From an uncultured delta proteobacterium (GTDB lineage: Bacteria > Myxococcota > Myxococcia > Myxococcales > Myxococcaceae), in contig CAVUXN010000004.1 of the NCBI GenBank assembly GCA_963745475.1, forward strand, positions 96,001 through 160,000: a stretch of DNA of 64,000 nucleotides. The letters run 5' to 3'. The translations under genes and the position numbers were made by a program. This document shows, in pieces, positions 41,302 to 52,264 of the stretch. Positions within the stretch are counted from its first letter, which is position 1; each line of letters begins with the position of its first letter. The notes below the pieces were generated by a model. That model saw only the letters and a program-made list of their open reading frames with translations. It was not told where the DNA came from and made no database searches.

Positions 41302-41405
41302 CGCAAGGCACGTTCCACTAGAGACGGGCGCGGACGTCAAGGGCTTAAAGTGACGATGGAAGTGAAGGCCGTGGCGATGCGTAACAGGCCGTTACCATCG
41401 GTAAC
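41302..41405 (-). promoter_or_regulatory. CbrB-type enhancer plus sigma54 promoter C
   Basis: Minus strand GTTAC-cgatg-GTAAC-ggcc-TGTTAC (41405-41381); TGGAACGTGCCTTGCG (41317-41302). Confidence 0.82.
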
Positions 41406-41688
41406 GCCCCGCAACGCCCTGACAATGAAGCCGTCACCCGGCGTGATGTCGAGGGCCGCGACACCGCACCGCGGCGTAGTTGTTTCTCGCGCGTCACTGC
41501 CGCAGTGCGGCAAAATCCCTGCGCCATGCCTGTAGCTGGAGGGGCGGGAGGTTCCCCTCGAGTCCCCGCGCGGCGACCCCGCCGTGCAGCGAGGGGTGTG
41601 CGGCCTGCAGCTAGAGCTCTTTCTGGCGAAAGGGGACCGGCGGCACGCTCTTGTCTTTAGGAAAAGAAAGAACGGTGCCGCCGGTGAG

Positions 41689-41761
41689 TGAGAGCGGAGG
41701 GAATCGAACCCACAACCTATGGATTAAGAGTCCATTGCTCTGCCAATTGAGCTACGCTCCC
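41689..41761 (-). tRNA. tRNA-Lys(CTT)
   Basis: GGGAGCGTAGCTCAATTGGCAGAGC...ATGGA-CTCTTAA-TCCAT...GGTTCGATTCC; 73 nt. Confidence 0.96.
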
Positions 41762-41914
41762 TCGCTTGCGCGAGGCGCGGGCTTGTACTGGCCCCCCCCT
41801 TGGAAGTCAACGCCGCCTCCCCTGCCTTTTTCCCCCTGTCCGAGTAGCATTGGGCAGTCCGTCCAGGACGTGGGACTGCCTCCGAGGGGACGGCGCCCAC
41901 GAGTGGAGGTTGTC

Positions 41915-43131
41915 ATGGCCCTGCGCTACTTCGCGCGTGCTCCCGTCGCTCGGGGCGGCCCTTGCTGCTCACGCTCGTCTCAGGCTGCGCGACTGCCGCC
42001 CCCGCGCTCACCTCCAACCGCGTGTCGACGGACCTTCCGGCCTGGCTCCGCGAGGGCATTGCCCAAGGCCTCCCCATGGAGGACCCCCTTCAGCTGAGCG
42101 AGGCCACCAAGAGGCGCCTCCGCCTCGAAGCCTCGGAACCGGGAATTGAGCGAACTCAGATGAAGAAGCTGGTCCGCTTTCTCATCGACAATGACGGGCT
42201 GGCTTTCCAGTACCGCCCCACCCGCACCCTCAACGCCGAAGCCGCCTTCCAAGCGAGGGAAGGCGACTGCATGAGTTACGCCGTCCTGTACGTGGCGGCC
42301 GCGCGGAGCCTAGGCATCGACGTGCATTTCGTCAGGATTACGCAGCTCCCTGTCTTCTGGGAGGACGGCGGGCGCTTCTTTACGTCCTCACACATCGCGG
42401 TGGCCTATGGCCGAAACACCTGGCTGGAGAACGCAATGGTGGTGGACTTCTCTGCCACCCACACCTCCGAATGGCGCTTCTCGCTCTATGACCCCATCGA
42501 CGACGACACCGCCTTCGTCCTCTTCCACAGTAACCGCGCCGTGGAATACCTCCTCCGCGACGACTACGTACAGGCCGAGCGCATTCTGCGCTTTCTGCTC
42601 GACTACGCGCCGGCGGCACCGGAGGTCTACAACAACTTGGGCATTGTCCTCATGCGCCTCAAGCGCGCCCAGGAGGCCACCGACCTCTATACCCAAGCCA
42701 TCGAGCGCTTCCCGCGCTTCGTCCCGCTGTACACCAACGCCGTCTCCTCGGCGGCGGCCAGCGGCCACCCGGACCTGGTGAGACAATGGAGCCTCGCTGG
42801 CCGTAAGGTGGCTGAGGCCGACCCGGCCTGGGCTTTCGGCGAGGGAATGGTCGCCTTTCGGCAAGGCGACTACGCCCTCGCCGCACAGCGGTTTTCCCAC
42901 GCGCTCGAAGTGCAGCCGGACGACCTCACGCTCTTGGCCTGGACCGCCCGGGCCCACCTCTCTGCTGGCGAAGTGAGCAATGGGCTACGCGACGTGGAGC
43001 ACATCCAGCGCCAGAAACCATCCGCCGAACAGCGCGCGCTGCTCAACGCCCTGAAGAAGGAGTTTCCCAAAGCGGGCATCGAGCTGCGAGTCCAGCCCCC
43101 GGACCCACCGCCCACCCCGGCGCCGTCATGA
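41915..43131 (+). CDS. Transglutaminase-like plus TPR lipoprotein (probable frameshift at the N-terminus)
   Basis: GDC, SHI, VVDF triad pattern; TPR (YNNLG); VSGC lipobox; ATG 41915 with GGAGG is out of frame with ORF 41962..43131. Confidence 0.78.
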
Positions 43132-43135
43132 GGAT

Positions 43136-45064
<1,929 letters not shown>

Positions 45065-45225
45065 CACGTCAGAGACGACATCAGACACGAAGCGAAGGGC
45101 CGATGGCGAGGTGACGCCAACCCCTGGACATGGTGTCGGTGTACCCGCAGGAAGGGCTCTGTGGGCGCGCCACCCCCGTTGTGGCCTAGAGTCCCCCCGC
45201 TCCGCACGCTTGAGGAGAGCCGTCG

Positions 45226-45711
45226 ATGGTCCAACAGAAACGCAAGCCGAAAGCAGCCAGCAAGAAAACCCAACGCACGCCTCGCCGGAAGCCTCCGCCG
45301 AAGGGCCAAAAGAAGGCCGCCTCCAGGGCCTCGCCTTCACCTGGCCCCACAGGCGCAAAGAAGAAACAAGCGGCCCGCGTTTTTCGTGCCGAACCGGGGG
45401 CGCGGGAGAAGCCACCGGGGCGCCCGGAACAACGCCAGGCCTTCTTCGCCGACGCGCGCCATGCCACCGACGCGCTGGCCGAGGAGCTCGGCGAAGGCTT
45501 CGTCCTCAACGCGACTTCAGGCGAAGACACCGAGGAGTACTACGAGCGGGAGCGCGAAGAGGAAGAGGGGGGGCCTTTCCTCGAGACCAGCGCTCGCACC
45601 GAATTCGCCTACGGCATCGACGAGAGCAACCCCGAGGATGCCGAACCCGCGCCCTGGCCGGCGGTGTCCCCTGGCCAGCCGCCGCCTCACCGCCCGGGAG
45701 GGCCGAGGTAG
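45226..45711 (+). CDS. Hypothetical protein with basic N-half and acidic C-half
   Basis: GAGGAG RBS; K/R/A/P-rich then AEELGE...EEEGGPF. Confidence 0.7.
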   Translation: MVQQKRKPKAASKKTQRTPRRKPPPKGQKKAASRASPSPGPTGAKKKQAARVFRAEPGAREKPPGRPEQRQAFFADARHATDALAEELGEGFVLNATSGEDTEEYYEREREEEEGGPFLETSARTEFAYGIDESNPEDAEPAPWPAVSPGQPPPHRPGGPR

Positions 45712-47162
45712 CCGAAGCAGCGCCACACCCGGAATGAACGGACTGGCCGTCCCCGGAAGCTCAAGCGGATGGTGGACTCGGCTCGCACCTCTCGGAATGT
45801 GCGCAGCAGCCGGAGGGGGACCGGCCCAGGGGGCTCCTGGCCCTCGGGGTCCATGGGCGCAGAGTCGATGAAGAGCCCGTCTCGGCCAAGCAGCCGGACG
45901 GGGTCGAAGCCGGCGTAGTCATACTGGAGTGCGCGCTCACCCAGCACGTTGCGGCCATACACCTCGAGGTCCGAGTAGAAGAGCAGCTCGGCGGTGGTTT
46001 TGTAGTCATCCGCGGAGAAGACGAAGTCGCCTGGACCGGCGCGCGCCTGCACCTCCTGGGCAAGCGCCCGCCACCCCACCCAGGTGTCGTCCGTCCTGAG
46101 GGCCACCGGGTAAAAGAGAAGTTCGAGGATGAAGAGGACGTGAAGCAGCGCGCTGCAAGCGAGATTCCACGTCAACAGTCGCCTCCCGGTGTGGCGCGCC
46201 ACCCAGAGGACGCCACTCACGTAGGCGGGCAGAAGCCAGTTGGGCTTCACCAGCACAACGGCGCTGAGGAAGAGCCCGGCGCCCAGGACGGGCAGGGAAA
46301 AGGCCAGGAGGAAAAGCTCCTCCGAGGCGAGCCCTCGACGCACCAGTGCCTTGAGGCCCCGGGCGGCCACAAGGACGAGTGCGCACAACAGCGGCGGCAG
46401 AAGAAGCACCGCTTGGGAACCCAAGAGCCCAAGGAGGTTGCGCAGGCCCAAGCCTGAGGCCGTCTGGGCGCGACCGGCCGTCTGGAAGAGGAAAGACACC
46501 CAGCCGTGCTGGGCGTTCCAGACGTAAACGGGAAGCGCCACCAGCTGCGCCACACCGAGCGCCAACCAGGGGCCCGCCGTCCGAAGCAGCCGTCGGTGTT
46601 GGGGGGAGACGAGAAGGAAGAGGATGAGCCCGAGCCAGAGCGCGGCGCCGGTGTACTTGGCGTCAAAGGCGAGTCCCATGAAGAGGCCCGCGAGCGGCCA
46701 CGCCCAGCGCTTCGCGTCGAAGAGGGCCAGGGCGAGCGACACCAGGGCCAGGGCCCAGGTGCACAACAGCGGGGCATCCGGCAGCGCCACCAAGGAGAGC
46801 AGGGTCACTGCTCCGGTGGTGGAGAAGAGGAGCGCTGCTCGCCCGACGCCCTCGGGAACGAAGCGCCGCGCGAGCAAGACGAAGCCTGCCTGAGTCAGGA
46901 GCGTCAGGAGGAAGGGGACGGCGCGCACCGCCAGCGAATGGTGTCCAAACAGTCCCAGGGCGGCTGCCAGAAGCCACGCCAGAAGCGGCGGATGGTCGAA
47001 GTAGGAAAGCGCAGGCTGGCGCGCATAGAAGGCGTAGTAGGCCTCCTGAGGAACGAGCTCAAAGCTGGGCAAGAGAAGCGCCCGCCCCGCGGCAAGCGCC
47101 AAAAGGCCCCAGCCCCACGGGGGAAGGCGCAACCAGCCTCGTGCGGCCTGCGTTTCAGTCAT
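45687..47162 (-). CDS. ArnT/PMT-type (GT-C) glycosyltransferase
   Basis: EAYY, YFDHPP, PDAPL, KYT motifs. Confidence 0.88.
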   Translation of the reverse strand: MTETQAARGWLRLPPWGWGLLALAAGRALLLPSFELVPQEAYYAFYARQPALSYFDHPPLLAWLLAAALGLFGHHSLAVRAVPFLLTLLTQAGFVLLARRFVPEGVGRAALLFSTTGAVTLLSLVALPDAPLLCTWALALVSLALALFDAKRWAWPLAGLFMGLAFDAKYTGAALWLGLILFLLVSPQHRRLLRTAGPWLALGVAQLVALPVYVWNAQHGWVSFLFQTAGRAQTASGLGLRNLLGLLGSQAVLLLPPLLCALVLVAARGLKALVRRGLASEELFLLAFSLPVLGAGLFLSAVVLVKPNWLLPAYVSGVLWVARHTGRRLLTWNLACSALLHVLFILELLFYPVALRTDDTWVGWRALAQEVQARAGPGDFVFSADDYKTTAELLFYSDLEVYGRNVLGERALQYDYAGFDPVRLLGRDGLFIDSAPMDPEGQEPPGPVPLRLLRTFREVRAESTIRLSFRGRPVRSFRVWRCFGYLGPPGR

Positions 47163-47235
47163 GCCTCGCCCATTCCCTCACGGCTTACCCAATGCTGGGG
47201 GAATGTCACGGCCCACGGGGCAGCCGCTTCTTGGG

Positions 47236-47826
47236 CTAGCGGCGAACCAACGCCACCAGGTAGCGACATTTCCCCGGCCCAGCATTGGCGTAAGTGCATT
47301 CGCTCGGGGCACCGAGCTCCAGGCAGTCCCCGGGACGGAGTACGTGCTCGACCGCGCCCTCCTGGAAGCGAAGTGTTCCCGAGAGCACCAGAATCTGGTG
47401 GTAGGTGAAGGCATAGGCCGAGGCCGGGTAGCGGACACGTGCGCCCGCTGGGAGCTCGACATCCACCAACTCCAGGGGGCCTCCTGTCCTCGGTGAGAGG
47501 GCACGCCGGAGGTAGCCCGTCGCCGGGTCGGTCCAGTGCTCCTGGTGGGCTGCTCGCGAGAGGCGGTCTCCAGAGGACTCGGCGCGCGCCAAGAGTGTGG
47601 AGAGCGTGAGCCCAAAGGCTCCGGAGAGACGCCCGAGGAGGGCTGCGGTGGGACTCGCCTCCCCGCGTTCCACCTTACTAATCATCGCGCGCGACACGCC
47701 CGAGCGGTTCGCCAGCTCGGCGATGGACCAGGACCTGTGCGCGCGTTCGTGCTTGAGGCGCGCGGCCAGGAGGCGCGTGTCCTGCGCCGCCTCAGCCGAA
47801 TGCCGGGCTCGCCCGATGTTGGCCAT
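47236..47826 (-). CDS. XRE-family HTH plus cupin regulator
   Basis: LANRSGVSRAMISKVERGEASPT; C-terminal cupin. Confidence 0.92.
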   Translation of the reverse strand: MANIGRARHSAEAAQDTRLLAARLKHERAHRSWSIAELANRSGVSRAMISKVERGEASPTAALLGRLSGAFGLTLSTLLARAESSGDRLSRAAHQEHWTDPATGYLRRALSPRTGGPLELVDVELPAGARVRYPASAYAFTYHQILVLSGTLRFQEGAVEHVLRPGDCLELGAPSECTYANAGPGKCRYLVALVRR

Positions 47827-47885
47827 CTTGTATAGTGGACGCAATTCTCCTATAGGAGCAAGCGCATTTCGGAAAGGCGCCCCCG

Positions 47886-48386
47886 ATGCCGCTCATCTCC
47901 GACGCCGCGCTGGAGGACCTGCCCGGGGTCCTGGCCATCTTCAACGACGTCATCGCCCACACCACCGCCGTTTACCGCGAGCAGCCCGTGACCCTCGAGG
48001 AGCGGACGTCGTGGCGCAAGTCGCGCCTGGAGCAGGGGTTTCCGGTGCTGGTGGCCAAAGACGACAGCGGCGTGCTGGGCTTCGCCTCCTTCGGTGAGTT
48101 CCGCGCCTGGCCCTGCTACCGCAACACCGTCGAGCACACGGTGCACGTCCGAGCCGACGCCCGCGGTCAGGGCATTGGCCGGAGTCTGGTGGAGGCCCTT
48201 CTTCCTTTGGCCCAGCACCTCGGCAAACACGTCATGGTGGCCGGCATCGACGCGGACAACGCCGTGTCGCGGCGGCTTCACGAGCAGCTCGGCTTTCAGG
48301 AGGTGGGGCGATTCCGCGAAGTCGGCCGGAAATTCGACCGGTGGCTGGACCTCGTCTTCCTGCAGCGTCTCCTCGAGCGTCCCTAG
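47886..48386 (+). CDS. Phosphinothricin/methionine sulfoximine N-acetyltransferase-like GNAT (YncA/MddA family)
   Basis: TVEHTVHV, RGQGIG, LHEQLGF, GRKFDRWLD. Confidence 0.9.
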   Translation: MPLISDAALEDLPGVLAIFNDVIAHTTAVYREQPVTLEERTSWRKSRLEQGFPVLVAKDDSGVLGFASFGEFRAWPCYRNTVEHTVHVRADARGQGIGRSLVEALLPLAQHLGKHVMVAGIDADNAVSRRLHEQLGFQEVGRFREVGRKFDRWLDLVFLQRLLERP

Positions 48387-48588
48387 CACCTGCTCGGAGG
48401 CGGCGGAGGTGGGTCGACACCATTCTTCTCATCTCGTTGCACCGGCATGACGCTGAGCGTCGAAAGTAATTCAGGCCCCGCCGAGCGCCACGCCGGCGTG
48501 GACTCTCGCGGGAGGCCTCCCTAGGATGCCGCGGCGGTCACGCTTCGAGGCGCCTGGAGCGTCGCGGTGCCGCAGGGACAAACGGCGG

Positions 48589-50538
48589 ATGAGCGGTCCA
48601 CTCGACACCTTTCCGCGCCTGCTTTTGGACCATGCCACCCATCGCGGCACCCGGCCGGCGATGCGAGAGAAGGACCTCGGCATTTGGCAGACGTACAGCT
48701 GGAAAGAAGTCTCGGACCAGGTGCGTGCGCTCTCCTGCGGGCTCGCCGCGCTCGGCTTCCGCCGCGGCGAGCACCTGGCCATCATCGGCGACAACCGCCC
48801 CCGCCTGTACTGGGCCATGGCGGCCGCGCAGAGCCTGGGAGGCATCCCGGTGCCGCTCTACCAGGACGCCGTCGCCGAAGAGATGGGCTTCGTCCTCAGG
48901 GACGCCGACGTGCGCTTTGTGGTGGCCGAGGACCAAGAGCAGGTGGACAAGCTGCTCGAGCTGCGCGCGAAGCTGCCGGCGTTGAAGGCTGTCATCTACG
49001 ACGACCCGCGCGGCCTCAGAAATTACCCAGAAGAGCTGCTCCGTCACTACGACGCCCTCCAGGCCGAAGGCCGGGCCTATGACGCCGCCCACCCGGACTT
49101 CTTCTCCAAAGCGGTGGCCGAAGGCCGGGCGAGCGACGTGGCCATCATGCTTTACACCTCCGGGACCACCGGTCAGCCCAAGGGCGTGATGCTCACCCAC
49201 GACAACCTCATCCGGACGGGACGGGGGGGAAACGAGCGCGAGCACCTCACCGCGGATGAGGAAGTGCTGGCCTACCTCCCCATGGCTTGGGTGGGGGACA
49301 ACCTCTTTAGCTACACCCAGGGGCAAATCGCCGGCTTCTGCATGAGCTGCCCGGAGAGCGCGGACACCGTCCCCACCGACATGCGGGAGATTGGGCCCAC
49401 CTATTTCTTTGCGCCGCCCCGCGTTTACGAGAACCTCCTCACCCAGGTTTCCATCCGCATGGAGGACGCCGGGCGATTCAAGCGCTGGCTGTACGCCCGC
49501 TTCATGAATGTCGCCCGCCGGGTGGGGACGAAGCTTCTCGACCGACAGCCGGTCTCTTTCCTTGACCGGATGCTCTACGCGCTGGGAGACGTCGTCATTT
49601 ACGCGCCCCTGCGCAACACCCTGGGCCTGAGCCGCATCCGCGTGGCCTACACCGCCGGCGAAGCCATCGGGCCTGACTTGTTTCGGTTTTACCGGTCGCT
49701 CGGCGTGAATCTGAAGCAGCTCTACGGAAGCACCGAGACGTCTGTTTTTGTCTGCATCCAGCCAGACGGAGAGGTGAAGCCGGACACGGTTGGAACGCGG
49801 GCCAAGGATGTTGAGATACGCATCTCCGAGCAAGGAGAGGTGCTCGTCCGGAGCCCGGGAGTGTTTCACAGCTATTACAAGAATCCCGCGGCCACCCGCG
49901 AGGCGAAGACCGAGGACGGCTGGTTCCACACCGGGGACGCTGGCTATTTGGACAACGACGGCCACCTCAAAATCATCGACCGCGCCAACGACGTCGGGCG
50001 GCTCGAGGATGGGACGCTGTTCGCTCCCAAATACCTGGAGAACAAGTTGAAGTTTTTCCCTTGGATTCGAGAGGCGGTGGCCTTCGGCGACGGCCGGCCC
50101 TACGCCACCGCGTTCGTCAACATCGACCTGCAGGCCGTCGGCAACTGGGCCGAGCGGCGGGGCCTGGCCTATTCCGGCTACACCGACTTGTCCGGCCGGG
50201 AAGAGGTGCAGGCGTTGGTGCTGGAGTGTGTGAACGCGGTGAACCGAGACTTGGCCACCGACGCCAAGCTGGCGGGCTCGCAAATCCGCCGCTTCCTCGT
50301 CCTCCACAAGGAGTTGGATGCGGACGACGGCGAGCTCACCCGAACCCGGAAGGTGCGCCGCCGCTTCATCGCCGAGCGCTACGCCCCGCTGATTGATGCG
50401 CTCTATTCCGACCTCCACAGCGTCCCAGTGGAAGCCAAGGTGAAATTCGAGGACGGACGGACCGGGACCATTCGCGCGGAGGTGAAGATTCGCGAAGCCT
50501 CCGTCTCCACCCCGGAAGCCGCGCGACGGGCGGCCTGA
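48589..50538 (+). CDS. Long-chain acyl-CoA synthetase (AMP-binding)
   Basis: YTSGTTGQPKG, YGSTE, HTGD, ELTRTRK. Confidence 0.93.
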   Translation: MSGPLDTFPRLLLDHATHRGTRPAMREKDLGIWQTYSWKEVSDQVRALSCGLAALGFRRGEHLAIIGDNRPRLYWAMAAAQSLGGIPVPLYQDAVAEEMGFVLRDADVRFVVAEDQEQVDKLLELRAKLPALKAVIYDDPRGLRNYPEELLRHYDALQAEGRAYDAAHPDFFSKAVAEGRASDVAIMLYTSGTTGQPKGVMLTHDNLIRTGRGGNEREHLTADEEVLAYLPMAWVGDNLFSYTQGQIAGFCMSCPESADTVPTDMREIGPTYFFAPPRVYENLLTQVSIRMEDAGRFKRWLYARFMNVARRVGTKLLDRQPVSFLDRMLYALGDVVIYAPLRNTLGLSRIRVAYTAGEAIGPDLFRFYRSLGVNLKQLYGSTETSVFVCIQPDGEVKPDTVGTRAKDVEIRISEQGEVLVRSPGVFHSYYKNPAATREAKTEDGWFHTGDAGYLDNDGHLKIIDRANDVGRLEDGTLFAPKYLENKLKFFPWIREAVAFGDGRPYATAFVNIDLQAVGNWAERRGLAYSGYTDLSGREEVQALVLECVNAVNRDLATDAKLAGSQIRRFLVLHKELDADDGELTRTRKVRRRFIAERYAPLIDALYSDLHSVPVEAKVKFEDGRTGTIRAEVKIREASVSTPEAARRAA

Positions 50539-50546
50539 CCTGAAAC

Positions 50547-51374
50547 ATGGCTCATCCGCGCCAGCTCATCGGCGATGTCCTGCTCGATGTGAGCGAGGTG
50601 AGCCTCGCCTTCGGCGGGGTGAAGGCGCTGCACCAAGTGAGCTTCCAAGTCCGCGAACGGGAAGTCTGCGCCATCATCGGACCCAACGGCGCCGGCAAGA
50701 GTAGCCTGTTGAACATCATCAACGGCGTCTACCAGCCCAGCGCCGGCACCATCACTTTCGGTGGCACGCGGCAACGGGTGATGGCTCCCCGGAGCGCCGC
50801 CCGGGGCGGCATCGCCCGCACCTTTCAAAACATCGCGCTCTTCAAGGGCATGACTGTCCTCGACAACATCATGACCGGACGGGACTTGAAGATGCGCTCG
50901 TCGCTTCTGGCGCAGGCGCTCTATTGGGGACCGGCGCAACGGGAGGAAATCCAAAACCGCCGGGTGGTCGAAAAGCTCATCGACTTCCTCCAGATTGAAG
51001 CCGTCCGAAAAACGCCGGTGGGACGCCTCCCCTATGGCTTGCAAAAGCGGGTAGAGCTCGCCCGAGCGTTGGCCGCTGAGCCACGGCTGCTGTTGCTGGA
51101 CGAGCCGATGGCCGGGATGAACGTCGAGGAGAAGCAGGACATGTGCCGCTTCATCCTCGATGTGAACGACGAGCTGGGGGTCACGGTGGTTCTCATCGAG
51201 CACGACATGGCGGTGGTGATGGACTTGGCCGACCGGGTGGTGGTGCTCGACTACGGACGGAAGATTGCGGACGGCACGCCAGCCGAGGTGCGGCAGGACC
51301 CCGAGGTGATTGCCGCCTACCTCGGCGTGGCCACCGAAGCGGACCGCCGCGCGGTTGGCGCGGAGGCTGGCTAG
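50547..51374 (+). CDS. Liv-type ABC ATPase (LivG-like)
   Basis: GPNGAGKS, RTFQN, LLDEP. Confidence 0.93.
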   Translation: MAHPRQLIGDVLLDVSEVSLAFGGVKALHQVSFQVREREVCAIIGPNGAGKSSLLNIINGVYQPSAGTITFGGTRQRVMAPRSAARGGIARTFQNIALFKGMTVLDNIMTGRDLKMRSSLLAQALYWGPAQREEIQNRRVVEKLIDFLQIEAVRKTPVGRLPYGLQKRVELARALAAEPRLLLLDEPMAGMNVEEKQDMCRFILDVNDELGVTVVLIEHDMAVVMDLADRVVVLDYGRKIADGTPAEVRQDPEVIAAYLGVATEADRRAVGAEAG

Positions 51375-51377
51375 CCC

Positions 51378-52259
51378 GTGCAATTCTTCTTCGAGGTGCT
51401 CATCGGTGGGCTGTTGGCCGGCGTCATGTACTCGCTGGTGGCGCTGGGTTTCGTCCTCATCTTCAAGGCCAGCGGCGTCTTCAACTTCGCCCAGGGCGCG
51501 ATGGTGCTCTTCGCCGCGCTGACCTTCGTCTCCCTCGAAGAACGGGGCCTGCCGCGGTGGGCGGCGCTGGTGGCAACGTTGGTGGTCATGCTGCTGCTCG
51601 CCCTGGTCATCGAGCGAGTGGTCCTTCGTCCGCTGGTGAACCAGCCGGCGATTAGCCTCCTCATGGCCACCATCGGGCTGACCTTCTGCATCGAAGGCCT
51701 GGCCCAGGGCGCGTGGGGGAGCTCGGTGCGGGGCCTCGAGCTGGGGATTCCGGACACGCCCTTCGAGGTGAAGGGCGTGCTCATCAGCCAGTTTGACCTC
51801 TTCGCCGCCGTTGTCGCCGGTGTCCTGGTGGCCGTCCTCGCACTCTTCTTTCAATACACCCGCGTCGGGCGGGCGCTGCGGGCCGTGGCCGACGACCACC
51901 AGGCGGCGCTGAGTGTGGGCATTCCCCTGCAGTACATCTGGGCGGTGGTCTGGGCGGCCGCCGGCGCGGTGGCCCTCGTCGCCGGGCTCTTGTGGGGCAG
52001 CCGCCTCGGCGTGCAATTCGCGCTTTCCGTCATCACTCTGAAGGCGCTGCCGGTCATTATTCTCGGAGGCTTCACCTCCATCGCCGGCGCCATTGTCGGC
52101 GGACTCATCATCGGCGCCACCGAAAAGCTGGCCGAGGTGTACTTAGGGCCGGTGCTGGGCGGGGGCATCGAGAACTGGTTTCCTTACGTCTTCGCCTTGC
52201 TCTTCCTTCTCATCCGACCCGAAGGCCTCTTCGGCGAAAAGCGCATCGAGCGAGTCTAA
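51378..52259 (+). CDS. Liv-type ABC permease (LivH-like)
   Basis: NFAQG, GRALRAV, RPEGLFG. Confidence 0.93.
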   Translation: MQFFFEVLIGGLLAGVMYSLVALGFVLIFKASGVFNFAQGAMVLFAALTFVSLEERGLPRWAALVATLVVMLLLALVIERVVLRPLVNQPAISLLMATIGLTFCIEGLAQGAWGSSVRGLELGIPDTPFEVKGVLISQFDLFAAVVAGVLVAVLALFFQYTRVGRALRAVADDHQAALSVGIPLQYIWAVVWAAAGAVALVAGLLWGSRLGVQFALSVITLKALPVIILGGFTSIAGAIVGGLIIGATEKLAEVYLGPVLGGGIENWFPYVFALLFLLIRPEGLFGEKRIERV

Positions 52260-52264
52260 GGCCC

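Noticed and set aside
41406..41688. ncRNA between the porin enhancer and tRNA-Lys
   Set aside because: Only generic GC-rich hairpins; no recognisable family
26261..41761. Genomic island integrated at tRNA-Lys
   Set aside because: No integrase, transposase or duplicated tRNA 3' end found; an older insertion separating the porin from cbrAB is possible but unsupported
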